NCBI RefSeq assembly: GCF_041146345.1
Contig: NW_027191410.1
Coordinates: 62,001-126,000, forward strand
Direction of reading: 5' to 3'
Source of the DNA: Neodothiora populina
Lineage: Eukaryota
Length of the DNA stretch: 64,000 nt
Position numbers and translations under genes: made by a program. Position 1 is the stretch's first letter; the number at the start of each line of letters is the position of its first letter. The notes under the pieces were generated by a model, which was not told where the DNA came from, did not search any database, and saw only the letters and a program-made list of their open reading frames with translations. Positions 33,343 through 45,150 of the stretch are shown one piece after another.

Positions 33343-34572
33343 TCAAACCGAGCTACAATACTCAAACACACGTCTGCGGTTCTCTTCCCAGATCGCATAC
33401 GTGACTCCTTGAACCAAGCAATCAGCCAGGTCATCAAGTTTACCCGGTCGATCTGCTGAAAGTGCATGAACGTCCTTGTTTTTCTCATCTTTCAGTGGAG
33501 ACGCAGAACTGTTGGGAGAAGCAGACGCGCGACCACGTCGACAAAACGCTGCCGACAGCGGCTTTAGACAATCGTCTATGGCGAGGTCTGAGCTGTTGTC
33601 GCGTAGCCAATGTCTCGCGAGAGCGATTTTGTCCTTTTTCTCGAGCGAGGTCTTCGGTTTGGCAGACGGACTATCTGATTCTTCTAGCTTGGTCTTAGCA
33701 GTAGCGCTGTCGTCAAGCAAAGAAGACAGAGACGATGCCGAGATGGCAGAGATAGAAGCTTTCTCCAGTGCACCTTCCAGCCAGAACGATCCTACACGAC
33801 GGGGCTGCACTTCTACTACGTCTGAGAACGACGATGGTTCTTCGTGGTGTTTTGTGATACATTTCGTAGCTGTGGATGTGCGTGTGTGGCTCATCGTTTC
33901 GAGACTCGCCCATAGCATCGCTTCTAGCATGTTAACTCTCACTGTCCATTCCTGGATCGCCGGCCCGCCTCCCGACCGGAAGCGCTGTCTTTCTATTAAG
34001 ATGGTGTCGGGCGAGTATGCTAAAAATTGAGAAACGAGCTGGTAAGCGATTTTGCTCAAGTAAGAAGGAGTGTACTGCTGCTTGGTCTTTGATTTTGGTA
34101 AAGCCGAGTCGTCTGCATTCACGTCTTGTGCACTCAAAGTACTTTCTTTAACAGACGACAGTGAACCTTCTTTAGTGGACAAGTCCAATCGTTTCCATTC
34201 TAATAGCTTAATAGCCGGCTCCGCCACAGAGTGAGATTCACTTTTCCACCAGACATCGGTCCTGACCTCGAGCAGACAGAATGCGAGATTCTTAACACCC
34301 ATATCTACGCTTAGAATCCTCGCGTTAGGTACTACCGAGTCGTTTCCGCTCGCCGCAGTCACATCTTTCTTCTGCACATGTTGCAGAGATGGAGCAACAC
34401 GACGTAATCGTGACTCAGGCAATGCTTTGGTCAATGTATCCCGTAGCTCTGCTTTCGTGCCCGTCGATACCTGTCCCGTCAGGAAAGCCAGTCGTTTCAG
34501 AGGCGCTGATTGGAGGGACTGGAGATGTTTCGATATTGATGCTGCTGCTGCGGCTTTTGTAGAGACGTGCAT
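33343..34572 (-). CDS. CCE1: Mitochondrial cruciform-cutting endonuclease (Cce1/Ydc2 Holliday junction resolvase)
   Basis: ILSVDMGVKNLAFC, ILIERQRFRS, VNMLE and KLDDLADCL. Confidence 0.9.
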   Translation of the reverse strand: MHVSTKAAAAASISKHLQSLQSAPLKRLAFLTGQVSTGTKAELRDTLTKALPESRLRRVAPSLQHVQKKDVTAASGNDSVVPNARILSVDMGVKNLAFCLLEVRTDVWWKSESHSVAEPAIKLLEWKRLDLSTKEGSLSSVKESTLSAQDVNADDSALPKSKTKQQYTPSYLSKIAYQLVSQFLAYSPDTILIERQRFRSGGGPAIQEWTVRVNMLEAMLWASLETMSHTRTSTATKCITKHHEEPSSFSDVVEVQPRRVGSFWLEGALEKASISAISASSLSSLLDDSATAKTKLEESDSPSAKPKTSLEKKDKIALARHWLRDNSSDLAIDDCLKPLSAAFCRRGRASASPNSSASPLKDEKNKDVHALSADRPGKLDDLADCLVQGVTYAIWEENRRRVFEYCSSV

Positions 34573-35341
34573 TCTTTTTTCTTTCGTCGCTGCTCTACAT
34601 TCATCAATGTCGTTCCCTAGGTATGCAAGATTTACGGGACATCTAAGGTAAGGTAAGGCAATATACAGTACTTGCACGGGAAGTACAGTAGTGCATTAGG
34701 AGCACTCTCTAGTGCGATGCCCTAGGTCCAAAACCATGCCTGTGGCGCTGCATCGTACAAGCACCAGTAGCGCAAGCGCCGGCTCTCGACTCAGTCGTAC
34801 CGCAGTAATAGCAGTTGCGACTAGAATCTCCCACGAGTCGTCGTCGTCGTTGTCCACCAGTAAGCCTACCTATTATATACATGTAGGTATCCACAGACCC
34901 AGCTCTGCGGTACCTTGACCCACGCAGCGCCGCCGCAGCCACCCTAATTACTGCGCATTTATTTGGGGGAATTGCGACAATGAGAAATCTAAATTAATCT
35001 GCATTACTGCCTTATCTATCTCTCTCTCTCGCCCTCTCTCTCTCTTTGTCTTTCGACTTTGATTTGGATCGTCTGCCCTAAACACCACCTTTCCATCAAT
35101 TCTTTCTCTACTCTCTCCTCCCCCCCCCCCTGCCTGTTCTTTTGCCTTTTCTCTCTTCCTCTGTACTCGGCATCCGCTATATCATCTGTGACCTGTGGGC
35201 TGATCACAATGGCTGACTGAGAGGAAGGAGGAGTAATAGCGACAATAATACAGGCACAGGGATACCCCGCTTCCCGGAAGAGGCAACGCATCTGAAGCCC
35301 AAAACCACACACGTACCAGAACCCGCAAGCAAAGAAATGGA

Positions 35342-36637
35342 ATGGACGCATCACTCAGGACCACCAACAACGCCAACACCGCCCCTTCAACCTCGAGCGG
35401 CGGCCCACCGAGCATCGCATCATCCTCAGGAGTCCTAGGATCTGGAAGCGGCAGCGGCGGCCACACGGGAGCTTCACCGGGAGCCGCAGCGAAAGATGAC
35501 TTGCTCGCCAACCCTTTCGAGCTCCGCCATGGACGCCGATACCTGCGCGATCTACCCTATCCGTTGCCGTGCGACCTGGCCGAGACACAGAGACAGAACA
35601 TGCGCACCATGCTAGGCATGACCGTGTTCGGCAAGGCATGCTGTGCGCCTATCAAACCAAAAGCCACCGGGACGCTAAAGGTGGTGGAGATTGGGTGCGG
35701 AGCTGCCTACTGGTCTGCTACATGTCACGACTGGCTCGCATCGGTAGGAATCACAAATGTCTCATTTACGGGCATCGACATTGCGCCATTGGCTCCCGAT
35801 CTCAACAAGCAAGGCGTGAAATGGCGCTATATCCAGCACGATCTGCGACGGCTACCCTGGCCCTTCGAGGACGAAGAGTTCGATCTCGTCATGGTCAAAG
35901 ACATGAGTCTGGCAGTCCCGATCGGTATCGCAACACAACAATTCGTGGATGAGACCATACGCATAATCGCCGAAGGAGGAATCTTGGAATTTTGGGAGTC
36001 TGATCACACATTGCGATGTCTGCGACCTCACCCACCTCCACCCCCTGGCATGCTGAAGCCCGAGGAAGCCGCTGCTATATCCACGAAGACATATCTCATC
36101 TCGCCTGGTACACCCTTTGCACCCGCCCAAAACAAATACGTCATCAATTCAAACTCTTGGATATCGGATGCGCTTGACGATCGGAGGCTGACGTCTGCGC
36201 CCTGCGCTCGTTTGCTCAACATGCTCTACCAAGAGGCGGACACGTTGACAGACATTGGCGTTCGACGAGTCGCAGTACCACTCGGCGAACTTCGGTGGGA
36301 GAAAGACCGCTCCGAAGAAACGCGGAAAGACGCTCGTCCAGACGACGACGACGACGAAAAGCCTCGCAAGGGCAAAGGCAGAGCGTCAGATGACGCACTG
36401 ACATCCATTTCGACCTTGACTCCGGACCAGGCGGCTTTGAGGTACACTGCTCTTGTGTCTGTGCTGCAGAAAATCGAGAGCCTGGAGCCTATACTGAAGG
36501 ACGTGAGTGGTAAAAACTCCGAGGAATGGTCTCGGTGGTGGGCAAGCATGATGTCCAGTCTGCTAGACCAGCACAACGGCAGCAGCGGTGAGGTTCTGGA
36601 GGTTGGTGCCTGGTGGGCAATCAAGAAGCGTGCCTAG
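35342..36637 (+). CDS. Class I SAM-dependent methyltransferase (fungal, LaeA-like architecture)
   Basis: GRRYLRDLPYPLPCDLAE, VVEIGCG..YW, GIDIAP, LPWPFEDEEFDLV and GGILE.WE. Confidence 0.82.
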   Translation: MDASLRTTNNANTAPSTSSGGPPSIASSSGVLGSGSGSGGHTGASPGAAAKDDLLANPFELRHGRRYLRDLPYPLPCDLAETQRQNMRTMLGMTVFGKACCAPIKPKATGTLKVVEIGCGAAYWSATCHDWLASVGITNVSFTGIDIAPLAPDLNKQGVKWRYIQHDLRRLPWPFEDEEFDLVMVKDMSLAVPIGIATQQFVDETIRIIAEGGILEFWESDHTLRCLRPHPPPPPGMLKPEEAAAISTKTYLISPGTPFAPAQNKYVINSNSWISDALDDRRLTSAPCARLLNMLYQEADTLTDIGVRRVAVPLGELRWEKDRSEETRKDARPDDDDDEKPRKGKGRASDDALTSISTLTPDQAALRYTALVSVLQKIESLEPILKDVSGKNSEEWSRWWASMMSSLLDQHNGSSGEVLEVGAWWAIKKRA

Positions 36638-38054
36638 ACCAGGCCTATGAATGACTCGATTCGGTATGGAAGACAACAAGACTACGGTATGGCGAACACT
36701 CGGCCTTGATCTCAGGTCTTTTCGTATCGCTGCTTGAGTGCGCGATAGCGTTTGAGGTAGTACCTTTGGATTTGCAACCAAAAGTCAGCCCATCGATCAT
36801 CTTGATCTATTTTACTTCCATTCACTCAGAAGTAACGAAGGAACGTAAGGATTGAAGAGAAAGAAACAACACACAAGAGACTTACAGCGCTTCAATCTCC
36901 TTTTTTACATATTCGGCAGTTTTTATACCCTTTTCAATCTCGTCTTTATCTTTTATATCCATCTTGGACCGAAACGCCATGCGTAATCTCGGACGGAAAT
37001 AGTCGTAGCCCAGTGGGTACTCACGACCAAGATAGAGGAGTTCTGTTTTTCGGTATCGATTCCTTGTCTCAGCTTCGAACAGAACAAGACAGAAGTGATA
37101 GCGAAGAGATGTACATGTATCGATGTGATAGAAGTGTAAGAAGCGGTTTATTCACCTTTGTAAACACGAATGACTTGGTGTCGCAGACTCAGAGGCGCAG
37201 GAGAAGCAGCCATGACGATTATATATTTCTTACTGGTCAATCGTGCTGATAGTTTAGTATCAACCTCGATCTCCGACAAGTTCTGTGAGACACTGTGTGC
37301 GCTGACCAAGACTCGTTGGCTATTCTATGACCTAGAGATCAGGCGCGTGGTTCTTGTATCTCTAATATAAGCACAGATTCGCAGGGTGATCCGGTCGGAC
37401 AATCAAGAGCTCGTAAGCAAAGAGGGCGAGGATGATGAGTGATTATCAATGGTTGCTTTACCTGTGATGAAGATGACGATGATGTGATAACAACCTACAC
37501 AGACAAGCTTCTCTGTCTCTGCAGGGACGTACAAACTAGGCCTTGGTGCCCCACCCCGCTTCGTGCAGCGCTTCGATCAGCTTCGGCAGGATCTCGTACC
37601 GCGGTACTTGTACGGAGTATAGCCTAATTTAGTACAAAAAGCAGCTCGTGTCTAGTCGATGACTTGCCGATAAATGGAATAACCAATAACGAGTTCCCTT
37701 GCACGGCGTTAGACTATTGGCATTGTGATCTTCGGCAGTCATAGAAAAGGCTTTCGAGAGCAGATAGATTCTTCAGTCGCATCGGAATGAAAAGAGTGCC
37801 AAATGTATCAAAGGACAAGCGAGATAATCCTAATTGCAGCGTGTGAGAGTAGGGCGATTCGCGCAAAGTTCGTGCATGCTATCCAGCGCTTAGAGAGTGC
37901 TCTATCATTGTCTTGCACCCGATAGCAATATCCTCGAATCCCTAGCCAGACCGAATGCTCTCTGCATGATAGAAAAGCGCTATCGTTCTCTGTGAGTGAG
38001 TCTACAAGTCATTCGAAACATCACCTGAAGTCCACACCCCCGCATCATTAAATT

Positions 38055-38702
38055 ATGTCAGACGAAACCGCCTCCCTTTCGGCCTTGGAAGATGATCTTC
38101 AGAGGAAAGACGAGCGACCGCCAGCACCGCCTACTCCTCCACCGTTGCCGTCGCACCTCCAACAAGACCTCAAAGTGTCCAAGTTTGCTCTAAAGGCACG
38201 AGCCGCACCTCCAGGCTGGTATTTTGATGGTTGGGCAACGAATCCACCGCCTAACCCATCAGACCCACCAACAGGGCCTTACTTCTTCTATGGGACACTT
38301 ATGGATGCAGAGATGCTCAGAGATGTGCTCGGAACCAAGGAAACCCCTCAAACGCGACTTGCTAAGGTCGTTGGGTATTCCTGCAAAGCCTGGGGTCAAT
38401 ATCCTGCACTAGTCGACGGAGTCATGGACCAAGTTGTGAGCGGCAGAGCCTGGGAGCTCTCTAACGTAGATCATGCTAAGCGATTGATCGAGTATGAAAC
38501 GAACAACTACACCATCAAGGCAGCGCGGATCTTCTATTCTGACTTTCTCAGTCCGAGAAATGAGTTAGGTTGGACGTTCAAGTTCAGCGGTCGAGAGTCG
38601 GAGCTTAGCGATGACAAGTTTGGTCTCGACATATGGCTGAGGCGAATGGGTCGCACGCTGCACAACACTTCTATAGCCGAAGGAAATTTGAGCAAACAGT
38701 GA
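38055..38702 (+). CDS. Gamma-glutamylcyclotransferase/AIG2-like protein
   Basis: PYFFYGTLMD, WGQYPALVDG and RLIEYET. Confidence 0.82.
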   Translation: MSDETASLSALEDDLQRKDERPPAPPTPPPLPSHLQQDLKVSKFALKARAAPPGWYFDGWATNPPPNPSDPPTGPYFFYGTLMDAEMLRDVLGTKETPQTRLAKVVGYSCKAWGQYPALVDGVMDQVVSGRAWELSNVDHAKRLIEYETNNYTIKAARIFYSDFLSPRNELGWTFKFSGRESELSDDKFGLDIWLRRMGRTLHNTSIAEGNLSKQ

Positions 38703-39045
38703 TAGATCTTCTCATACGCAACGCATACAAAACTTTATCTAGTGTTCAAATTGTGACCATCGGACCATCTAATGCATGCCTACTATAGCCGACGGAAACT
38801 AGATTGTCGGCAGATTGTAACGATTTCCGTTACCAAACCAGTCAGACTTACAGTACTCCCCGCTCACGCGATCTTGGCACGCTACTCTACAAGTACAACT
38901 CATGCTGTATATCATTTCATGTGAAAACTTACCTTACATGATATCATTCCCTGTGAACCTCGAATAGCACCCATCATTGGAAGAAAAGACTGCACGTAGC
39001 ACACACTCGGTACATACGAAACAGTCGATCAGCAAGAGCCCAGAG

Positions 39046-39882
39046 ATGGCTTTCCAGACCAAAACCACGACGACTCTCCGTCGCCTCCTCCAACAGCGAA
39101 AGCGAACATTGTCTACCACAACAACGACGACCGCGGCCGCATCATCAACATCACAGCTTCTACCAAGACCAAAACAATCTCGGACCTACCACTCCTACGA
39201 GACCCCTCAACCACCCCCCTACCCTCCCGTCGAAACCTCAATCCTGTCCGCAGCATTCACCCACGTTCCCTCGACAGGCTTCACGCAAACCTCACTGCGC
39301 CTGGGCGCGCTCGACGCCGGCTACCGCGAAGCATCCACGAACCACTTTCCTCGGGGCGAATTCGAGCTCGTCATGTGGCATCTACGCACGCAGCGCACAG
39401 GTCTACACAGCCGAGTGCAATTCCCAAGCCCGCCGGAAGAAGGCCAGTTGGGCAAGTTGGGAGTCGGGGCCAAAGTGCGCGCGCTGGTGCTCGAGCGGCT
39501 AAGGGGGAACGTCGATGCGCTCGGCGGCAACACGGAGAGGTTGAAGGAGGCGCTCGCGCTCATGTCGCTCGCATCGCACGTCCCTCCGTCCCTGCGCGAG
39601 CTGTATCTCCTCGGCGACGAGATCTGGTTCCTGGCGGGCGACAACGCCGTCGATGCCTCGTGGTATACGAAGCGCGCGACGCTGGCCTCGGTTTATGCTG
39701 CCACGGAGATTTATCAGTCTGCTGATCAGAGCTCGGATCACAAGGACACGGCCGAGTTTTTGGATCGCAGGCTCGAGGAGCAGAGGGTTTTGGGCGGTGC
39801 GTGGAGGAATGTCAAGGAGTGGGCTGCTTTTCAGAGTATGGCGGGGGTCAATCTCGTGAGGAATCTGGGGGTAAGGATATGA
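39046..39882 (+). CDS. COQ9: Ubiquinone biosynthesis protein Coq9
   Basis: ILSAAFTHVP..GF, DEIWFLAGD..VDASWYTKRA and DT.EFLDRRL. Confidence 0.92.
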   Translation: MAFQTKTTTTLRRLLQQRKRTLSTTTTTTAAASSTSQLLPRPKQSRTYHSYETPQPPPYPPVETSILSAAFTHVPSTGFTQTSLRLGALDAGYREASTNHFPRGEFELVMWHLRTQRTGLHSRVQFPSPPEEGQLGKLGVGAKVRALVLERLRGNVDALGGNTERLKEALALMSLASHVPPSLRELYLLGDEIWFLAGDNAVDASWYTKRATLASVYAATEIYQSADQSSDHKDTAEFLDRRLEEQRVLGGAWRNVKEWAAFQSMAGVNLVRNLGVRI

Positions 39883-40409
39883 GAATGTCCGAAGACGACT
39901 TTGACTATCAAAAAGCCTGTACTGTGGACTGTATTATATGTAGATATCGAAAAGGCCTCTGGGGCGAAGTGGAGAGAATTCTCGTCTGATAACAATCACA
40001 GAGACATCTACAGGACTGAAGCCGCAGCATGATTGCAACAGTCACGCCTGTCGACGATGAAGCTCACTGCAGACCTTGGCTTAGTGCAAAGATCACTGGC
40101 TGATGTTCGTGTCAGTCTGCATAGAAGACACGACGAGAGGCATGGTTCCTCGTTCCCAAGTACAAGTACTTGTACATGCACTGTGGCACTAAACGGTAGA
40201 CACTGTATTGTTGTATCAAGGTAAGCAGCACAAGGGTAAAGCCGAATAAAGCCTGCGGAGCAACTGCATTTCTCGGTGGTGCTCAGACCACCCATGACAT
40301 GAGCATAGTATTTCTGCCAATTAGTTCGCAACCTCTCTCATCTTCGACCACGGATGAAAAGACCATCAATTTTCTGTATCGCAGTAGAGTTGTAACAGGA
40401 AAGCAAAAG

Positions 40410-41655
40410 ATGGAAGCGACGATGATAAAGCAAGTGCTTCCCACACGCTGTCTTCGGCATGCATACCGCACTCGAGTGCTCGGGATACGCAATACATCGA
40501 CAACAACAACGAGGACGAGGACGACGACAGCAAAGAATATTGCGCAATCGAAGACTACCGCGCCAGCAGCACCGAAGACTCCCGCTGCACGAGCAGAGCC
40601 AACAACAACAACAACAACAACAACAACACCGCCGCCGCCGCTGCTGACCTTGACGCCTCAAACCCTGCACTCGTACGCGACAACGCCAGCGCCAACGATC
40701 CCGCAACTGCACTACTCGAACCTGTTCTTCAGCTCGCAGTCGCCAGCACACCTCTGGACGACGCCGTACTTCCGGCAATTCCCCTCGAGTCCGCACCCGG
40801 AAGTCGCCTTCCTGGGCCGCTCGAACGTCGGCAAGTCGAGTCTGTTGAACGCGCTGTTCAATCGGCCGCGAGTCAAGACCGCGCACGTGAGCAAGAAACC
40901 CGGGCGCACGAGGACGATGAATGCGTTCGGCGTGGGGCCCTTGTCTGCGAACAAAGTCGCTGAAGGCACGGAGAAGTGGAAGATGCTGGGCCGCGGAGGG
41001 GTCGTGGTGATTGATATGCCTGGGTACGGCAAGGGAAGTCGAGAGGAGTGGGGGACGGAGATTATGAAGGTTCTTGAGAAGCGGAAACAGTAAGCCCTCG
41101 CTTCCACTTGATTGACTTGAGATGATCGAAAGACAGAGCTGACAAGAAACTAAAAGACTCCGTAAAACCTTCCTCCTAGTGGACATCCAACACGGCTTGA
41201 AAGCCACCGACAAGTCCCTGCTCGCACACCTGCGCGCCTCCGGGATCCAATTCCAACTCATCCTCTCCAAAGCCGACAAGATCCTCTTCCCGGACCCGAA
41301 ACCCCCCTCGCCGCAAAAACTGCACAACGGCTTGTCTAAAATCCAGAAACAAATCGCTGACATCTACAAAGAACTCGATATGAGAGGCGATGGCGTAGAT
41401 GTGCTCTGCGTCAGCGCCGAAAAAGATCTTTTCGTCGAGGGCATGCCGCGCGCAGGCAGGTTAGGCGTCGATGCTGTCAGGTGGGCGGTTCTGAGGGCTT
41501 GTGGGTTGGATTGCGACGAGAGTGGCCGAGCTAGGAAGTTGGAGGGGATTGATGTCGTCGAGGGGGGTGGTGCGGTCGGAAAGAGTGCCGCGCCTGCTTC
41601 TTCTTCTGCTGCTGCTTCGGCTACCTCTGCTGATTCTCCGCTGGCGGTTGTATGA
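40410..41655 (+). CDS. EngB/YihA-family GTPase (GTPBP8/Mrx8-like); intron 41090..41156
   Basis: PEVAFLGRSNVGKSSLLN, KPGRT, DMPGYG and SKAD. Confidence 0.9.
40601..40628. repeat. (ACA)n microsatellite encoding poly-Thr
   Basis: Directly visible. Confidence 0.9.
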
Positions 41656-41725
41656 GATGTCTAGATAAAACATAGCATGCGGTCTCGTGACTGTGAGCAC
41701 AAACAGATGCAGCTCTGCTTCTCAT

Positions 41726-43087
41726 CTAGCTCTGCTCCTCCATCATTCTCTCCGCTTTACCAGATCTCCTCTGCTTCCTCGCGAGCCGGGCGACCTCTTG
41801 CTCCTGAGCAAACTCCTGCACACGTGTCCTCCACCTTGAGATATTCGTCAGAGCCCGCCTCGAGCGCTCCGTCTCCCACGCCACGCGCGCCACCTCGCCG
41901 TAGAACCCCCGCCTGAGCCTCTGCCACATGAGCATGATGTCATTGAGCGTGTCCAGCGTGATCCTGTCCGGCTCGATGGCTTCGTCCTCCATTTCTTGCA
42001 GCAGCTCGCCGATGCCCTCCATGTCCGTCAGGTTGTGGAAGGTGTAGCTGATCATCTGGTTGTACAGCTTCGTGCTGGCGCCGAGTGCGTACACCGACGG
42101 GCCCAGGTGGCGAATCGCCGGGATGATGGCCAGGAGCATCGGGGATGTGGGGAAGCCGCTGCGTAGCATCCTCGCTGCGTTCCACAGATGCAGTGGGAAA
42201 TTGCGCATGACGACCTCCCGGGAGTCAGGTCGGATCGCCTCAGCCGAGTGAGCAGACTCAGAAGCGGTGGTCCGTCTGTCGCCTCGCTCGTCCTTGGGAC
42301 TGTCCAGGTCCAAGGCAGCGATGGGATCAAACACTTGCTTTTGGAGAATATTCCACAGCTCTAGATCTGTAGCTGCGTCTCTGAAGAGGTCGGAGATGCG
42401 AGCAAACTCGCTCTCTTGGACTTGTTGGATGGCATAGGCACGCGCGGGGGCGTCGCGCTCTTCCTCGATTTTGGACATGGCTTCCTCCAGGATGTCCTCC
42501 AGCGTCTCGGATCGGTCTTCACCCAGCACACTCCCTTTTGCTGCGTCGAGGCCTTGCCCTTGCTGCTGCGGCTGCTGCTGCTTGGAAGCGCCGAGCTTAC
42601 GTAGTTTCTCAAACGCTTTCCGTTCAGCATCCGATAGCGTGGTTGCTTCCACCTTTGCCACTGGCCGTTCGGTGGCCTCTACATCCGGCGAATCAAAGGG
42701 GATATCTTCTTCCATTGTCGTTCGTGGCGTCCATCTTCGAACCCCGCTCTGTGCTCCGAAAGAAGCATGGTCTCGAGAGGAGGCAAACGGGGTCCGGTCA
42801 TAAGATGGACTTTTCGACTCCGAGTGTCGTTTCGTGCTTCCGGCACTGCTGCGTCCCTTTCCCTTTGTAGTACGACCGGATTCATGGCCGGCGTGGGCAC
42901 GTGATGACTTCTGGCCTTGATCTTCTCTGCTGGCCTGCTCGAGTAGTTCCAGATTCCCATGCTGGCTACCTGATCCGATTTCGCTATAGAAGCGGCGAAG
43001 AGTACGAGTGTTGTATAGAAAAGGCAACAGAGAAAACTTTAGTAGTGGCGGTGGCAGGGGCCTGTTCAGTAAGTGTCGTGAAGACAT
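41726..43087 (-). CDS. Mtf2-like mitochondrial protein
   Basis: LLPFLYNTRT presequence region, T..ERKAFEKL, TDLELW..L...VF, LGPSVYALGASTKLYN and LLQEM. Confidence 0.75.
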   Translation of the reverse strand: MSSRHLLNRPLPPPLLKFSLLPFLYNTRTLRRFYSEIGSGSQHGNLELLEQASREDQGQKSSRAHAGHESGRTTKGKGRSSAGSTKRHSESKSPSYDRTPFASSRDHASFGAQSGVRRWTPRTTMEEDIPFDSPDVEATERPVAKVEATTLSDAERKAFEKLRKLGASKQQQPQQQGQGLDAAKGSVLGEDRSETLEDILEEAMSKIEEERDAPARAYAIQQVQESEFARISDLFRDAATDLELWNILQKQVFDPIAALDLDSPKDERGDRRTTASESAHSAEAIRPDSREVVMRNFPLHLWNAARMLRSGFPTSPMLLAIIPAIRHLGPSVYALGASTKLYNQMISYTFHNLTDMEGIGELLQEMEDEAIEPDRITLDTLNDIMLMWQRLRRGFYGEVARVAWETERSRRALTNISRWRTRVQEFAQEQEVARLARKQRRSGKAERMMEEQS

Positions 43088-43562
43088 GGTCATCGGAATC
43101 GGATGGTCAGAGTGCACAAATCGATCTACTTCTAGACAGGATAGTGTATAACAATCAAAGAATTCCCAAGTATCATTTATAGCTTTCACCTTGTGGACTG
43201 CACATCCCGGCAAGTGATGCCAATTACTAAACCCTCATGCACTTGCATCTAGAGAAGTAAGGTACTTAAGGTATGGTCAGAGCGTTTGCCCTCGGAGGTC
43301 TTGGCGGATTCGAGGGTTCGACACTGTCATGAAACGGACAGGGTTTCCCCGCACGCAACGCGGCGTGATACTAGATATTGCGTAGGTACGGCCGTGGTAA
43401 TATCATGATACAATGACTCCCTTAAAGTACAGATATAGCACTCCTCGGTGTCCAGAAATAAGCTGGCTTAATGGCACTACCCATCCTCAATTCCTCGATG
43501 TATCGCTGAGATTATCTAGGAACGAACTTCGTTGGTTGGGAGTTAGTCAGGTAGGGTATGGC

Positions 43563-44961
43563 TCAAGGGGCGAGAGTAAGGGACCCTTCTCCAGCCTCGT
43601 CCTGACTCTGTTTCTGGTCCTCGTTTTCATTTACTGCTCTGATATCTTCCTCCTCATCACCGTCCTCAGATTCTTCATCGTCCTCGCTATCCTCCGACTG
43701 GTCGCCATCCTTCTTCCTACACTCTTCATATCGCTCTACCAATTTGCAACCCCCATTCTCCATCGTAGCTGTCACCACCATCCTCAGCCACGTCCACTTC
43801 CTCAATCATACTCTCTTCCTCGTTCTCTACCCCTTCAGTTCTCCATTCCAGTTCTTCATCATCGTCATCCTCATGCTCATCCCCTTCATCGTCAGCGTCG
43901 TTCTCTTCCTCGGCGGTCCGCCTATTTCCTTCCTCTTCCACGTCCTCTTCCTCATGCTGACCTTCGGTCAAGCACAGTACACCTTGTTGGGACTCTTTGA
44001 GCGCGTTCGCATGAGGCCAGCCTGCGGTGGCCATCTTGCCTTTGAGCTCCAAGTGAAGACGTTCGGTCGAGCACAGTCCACTATACGCTGTGACAAAGTC
44101 ATCCATGACCCCGAGACGCGTGTCGCTACCCCATGATGCATAATTAGCATCTTCCCACGCGAACTTTAGCCATCGCTCGATGCAATACAAGGCTTCGGCC
44201 TTCAACTTTGGCATATCGTAGACTAGGGAGGCCTGGAAGACAGACACGTGGAACGACAGTGATCGGTTCCAATTCTGCATGTAGTCCTGATGGTACATGT
44301 GCTCCACCATGGCCTTGACGACGGTGAAATCATCCACCGACTCGGCACTGCCTGGCACGTACATGTTGATTCGGAAGTCGATCTCTTGGCCGTCAATCAT
44401 CGCTCTAACAAGTCTGCAGCGCCGAGTCACGACGCCTCTGTGAGCTATGGCCAAGTCCGATTTGTGCCAGAAGAGGAAATTTGCGGATCTCTCGCGCGCC
44501 CTGAACAACTGGTCCCAAAGAATCTGCCGCTGCGATTGCGAGAAGGACGAGAGAGCGCGGGTTCGCTCCCGGACCCATGGGATAGGACCGTCTTCATCTT
44601 GCTCTTCGTCGTCGACTTCTTCGAGGAGATCAATGTAGAAGTGCCTACCATCGTCTGTCATGATCGTGCAAGGGTGTCGAAGGAGTTCCGTCCTCGTTCT
44701 CGGCCTTGCCGTTGCGTCAATGTCCTCTTCATCTGTGGCTTGTGACATGCGCTGGCTGTACTGCTGGCTGTACTGCTGGATGTACTGAGATATGAAAGGA
44801 ACCATTCCCTGCTGCGCGCTGTGAGGATCGCTGCCCAGGCCAGCTCGCGGTTGTGCTGGGGTGCCGTCCCTTCTCGGACGGTCCCTGCCTCGTCTGGCGG
44901 CCGGGTCGAGGTTTCGCCTTATTTCCATAGCTGCTCTTTGATTTGCTAAATGTTGTGACAT
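43563..44961 (-). CDS. Lineage-specific protein with a degenerate BTB/POZ-like segment and an acidic tail; apparent frameshift near 43750
   Basis: VVKAMVEHMYHQDY...FHVSVF...YDMPKLKAEA resembles fungal BTB proteins. The acidic tail continues in another frame to 43563. Confidence 0.5.
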
Positions 44962-45006
44962 GGTAAAGTGGATATTATAGGTACCGGGATAGTTGAAGTG
45001 CCACTT

Positions 45007-45108
45007 TGCGTCGAGTAAATATATACGTGCGGCTGGCACAAGGTTAAATGTCATCTCTGCATCGAGTAATTATATGCGTGCGACTGGCGCAAGTCTAAAG
45101 TGCATCTC
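45007..45108. repeat. Tandem 51-bp duplication, plus an eroded third unit to about 45149
   Basis: tgcgtcgagtaaatatatacgtgcggctggcacaaggttaaatgtcatctc / tgcatcgagtaattatatgcgtgcgactggcgcaagtctaaagtgcatctc. Confidence 0.85.
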
Positions 45109-45150
45109 GGATGAACATGTATGACACTGGCATAAGTTTAATGCACTTCA

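Noticed and set aside
36640..38050. 1.4-kb spacer as a possible hidden gene or transposon remnant
   Set aside because: Only short ORFs with no recognisable motifs or terminal repeats.
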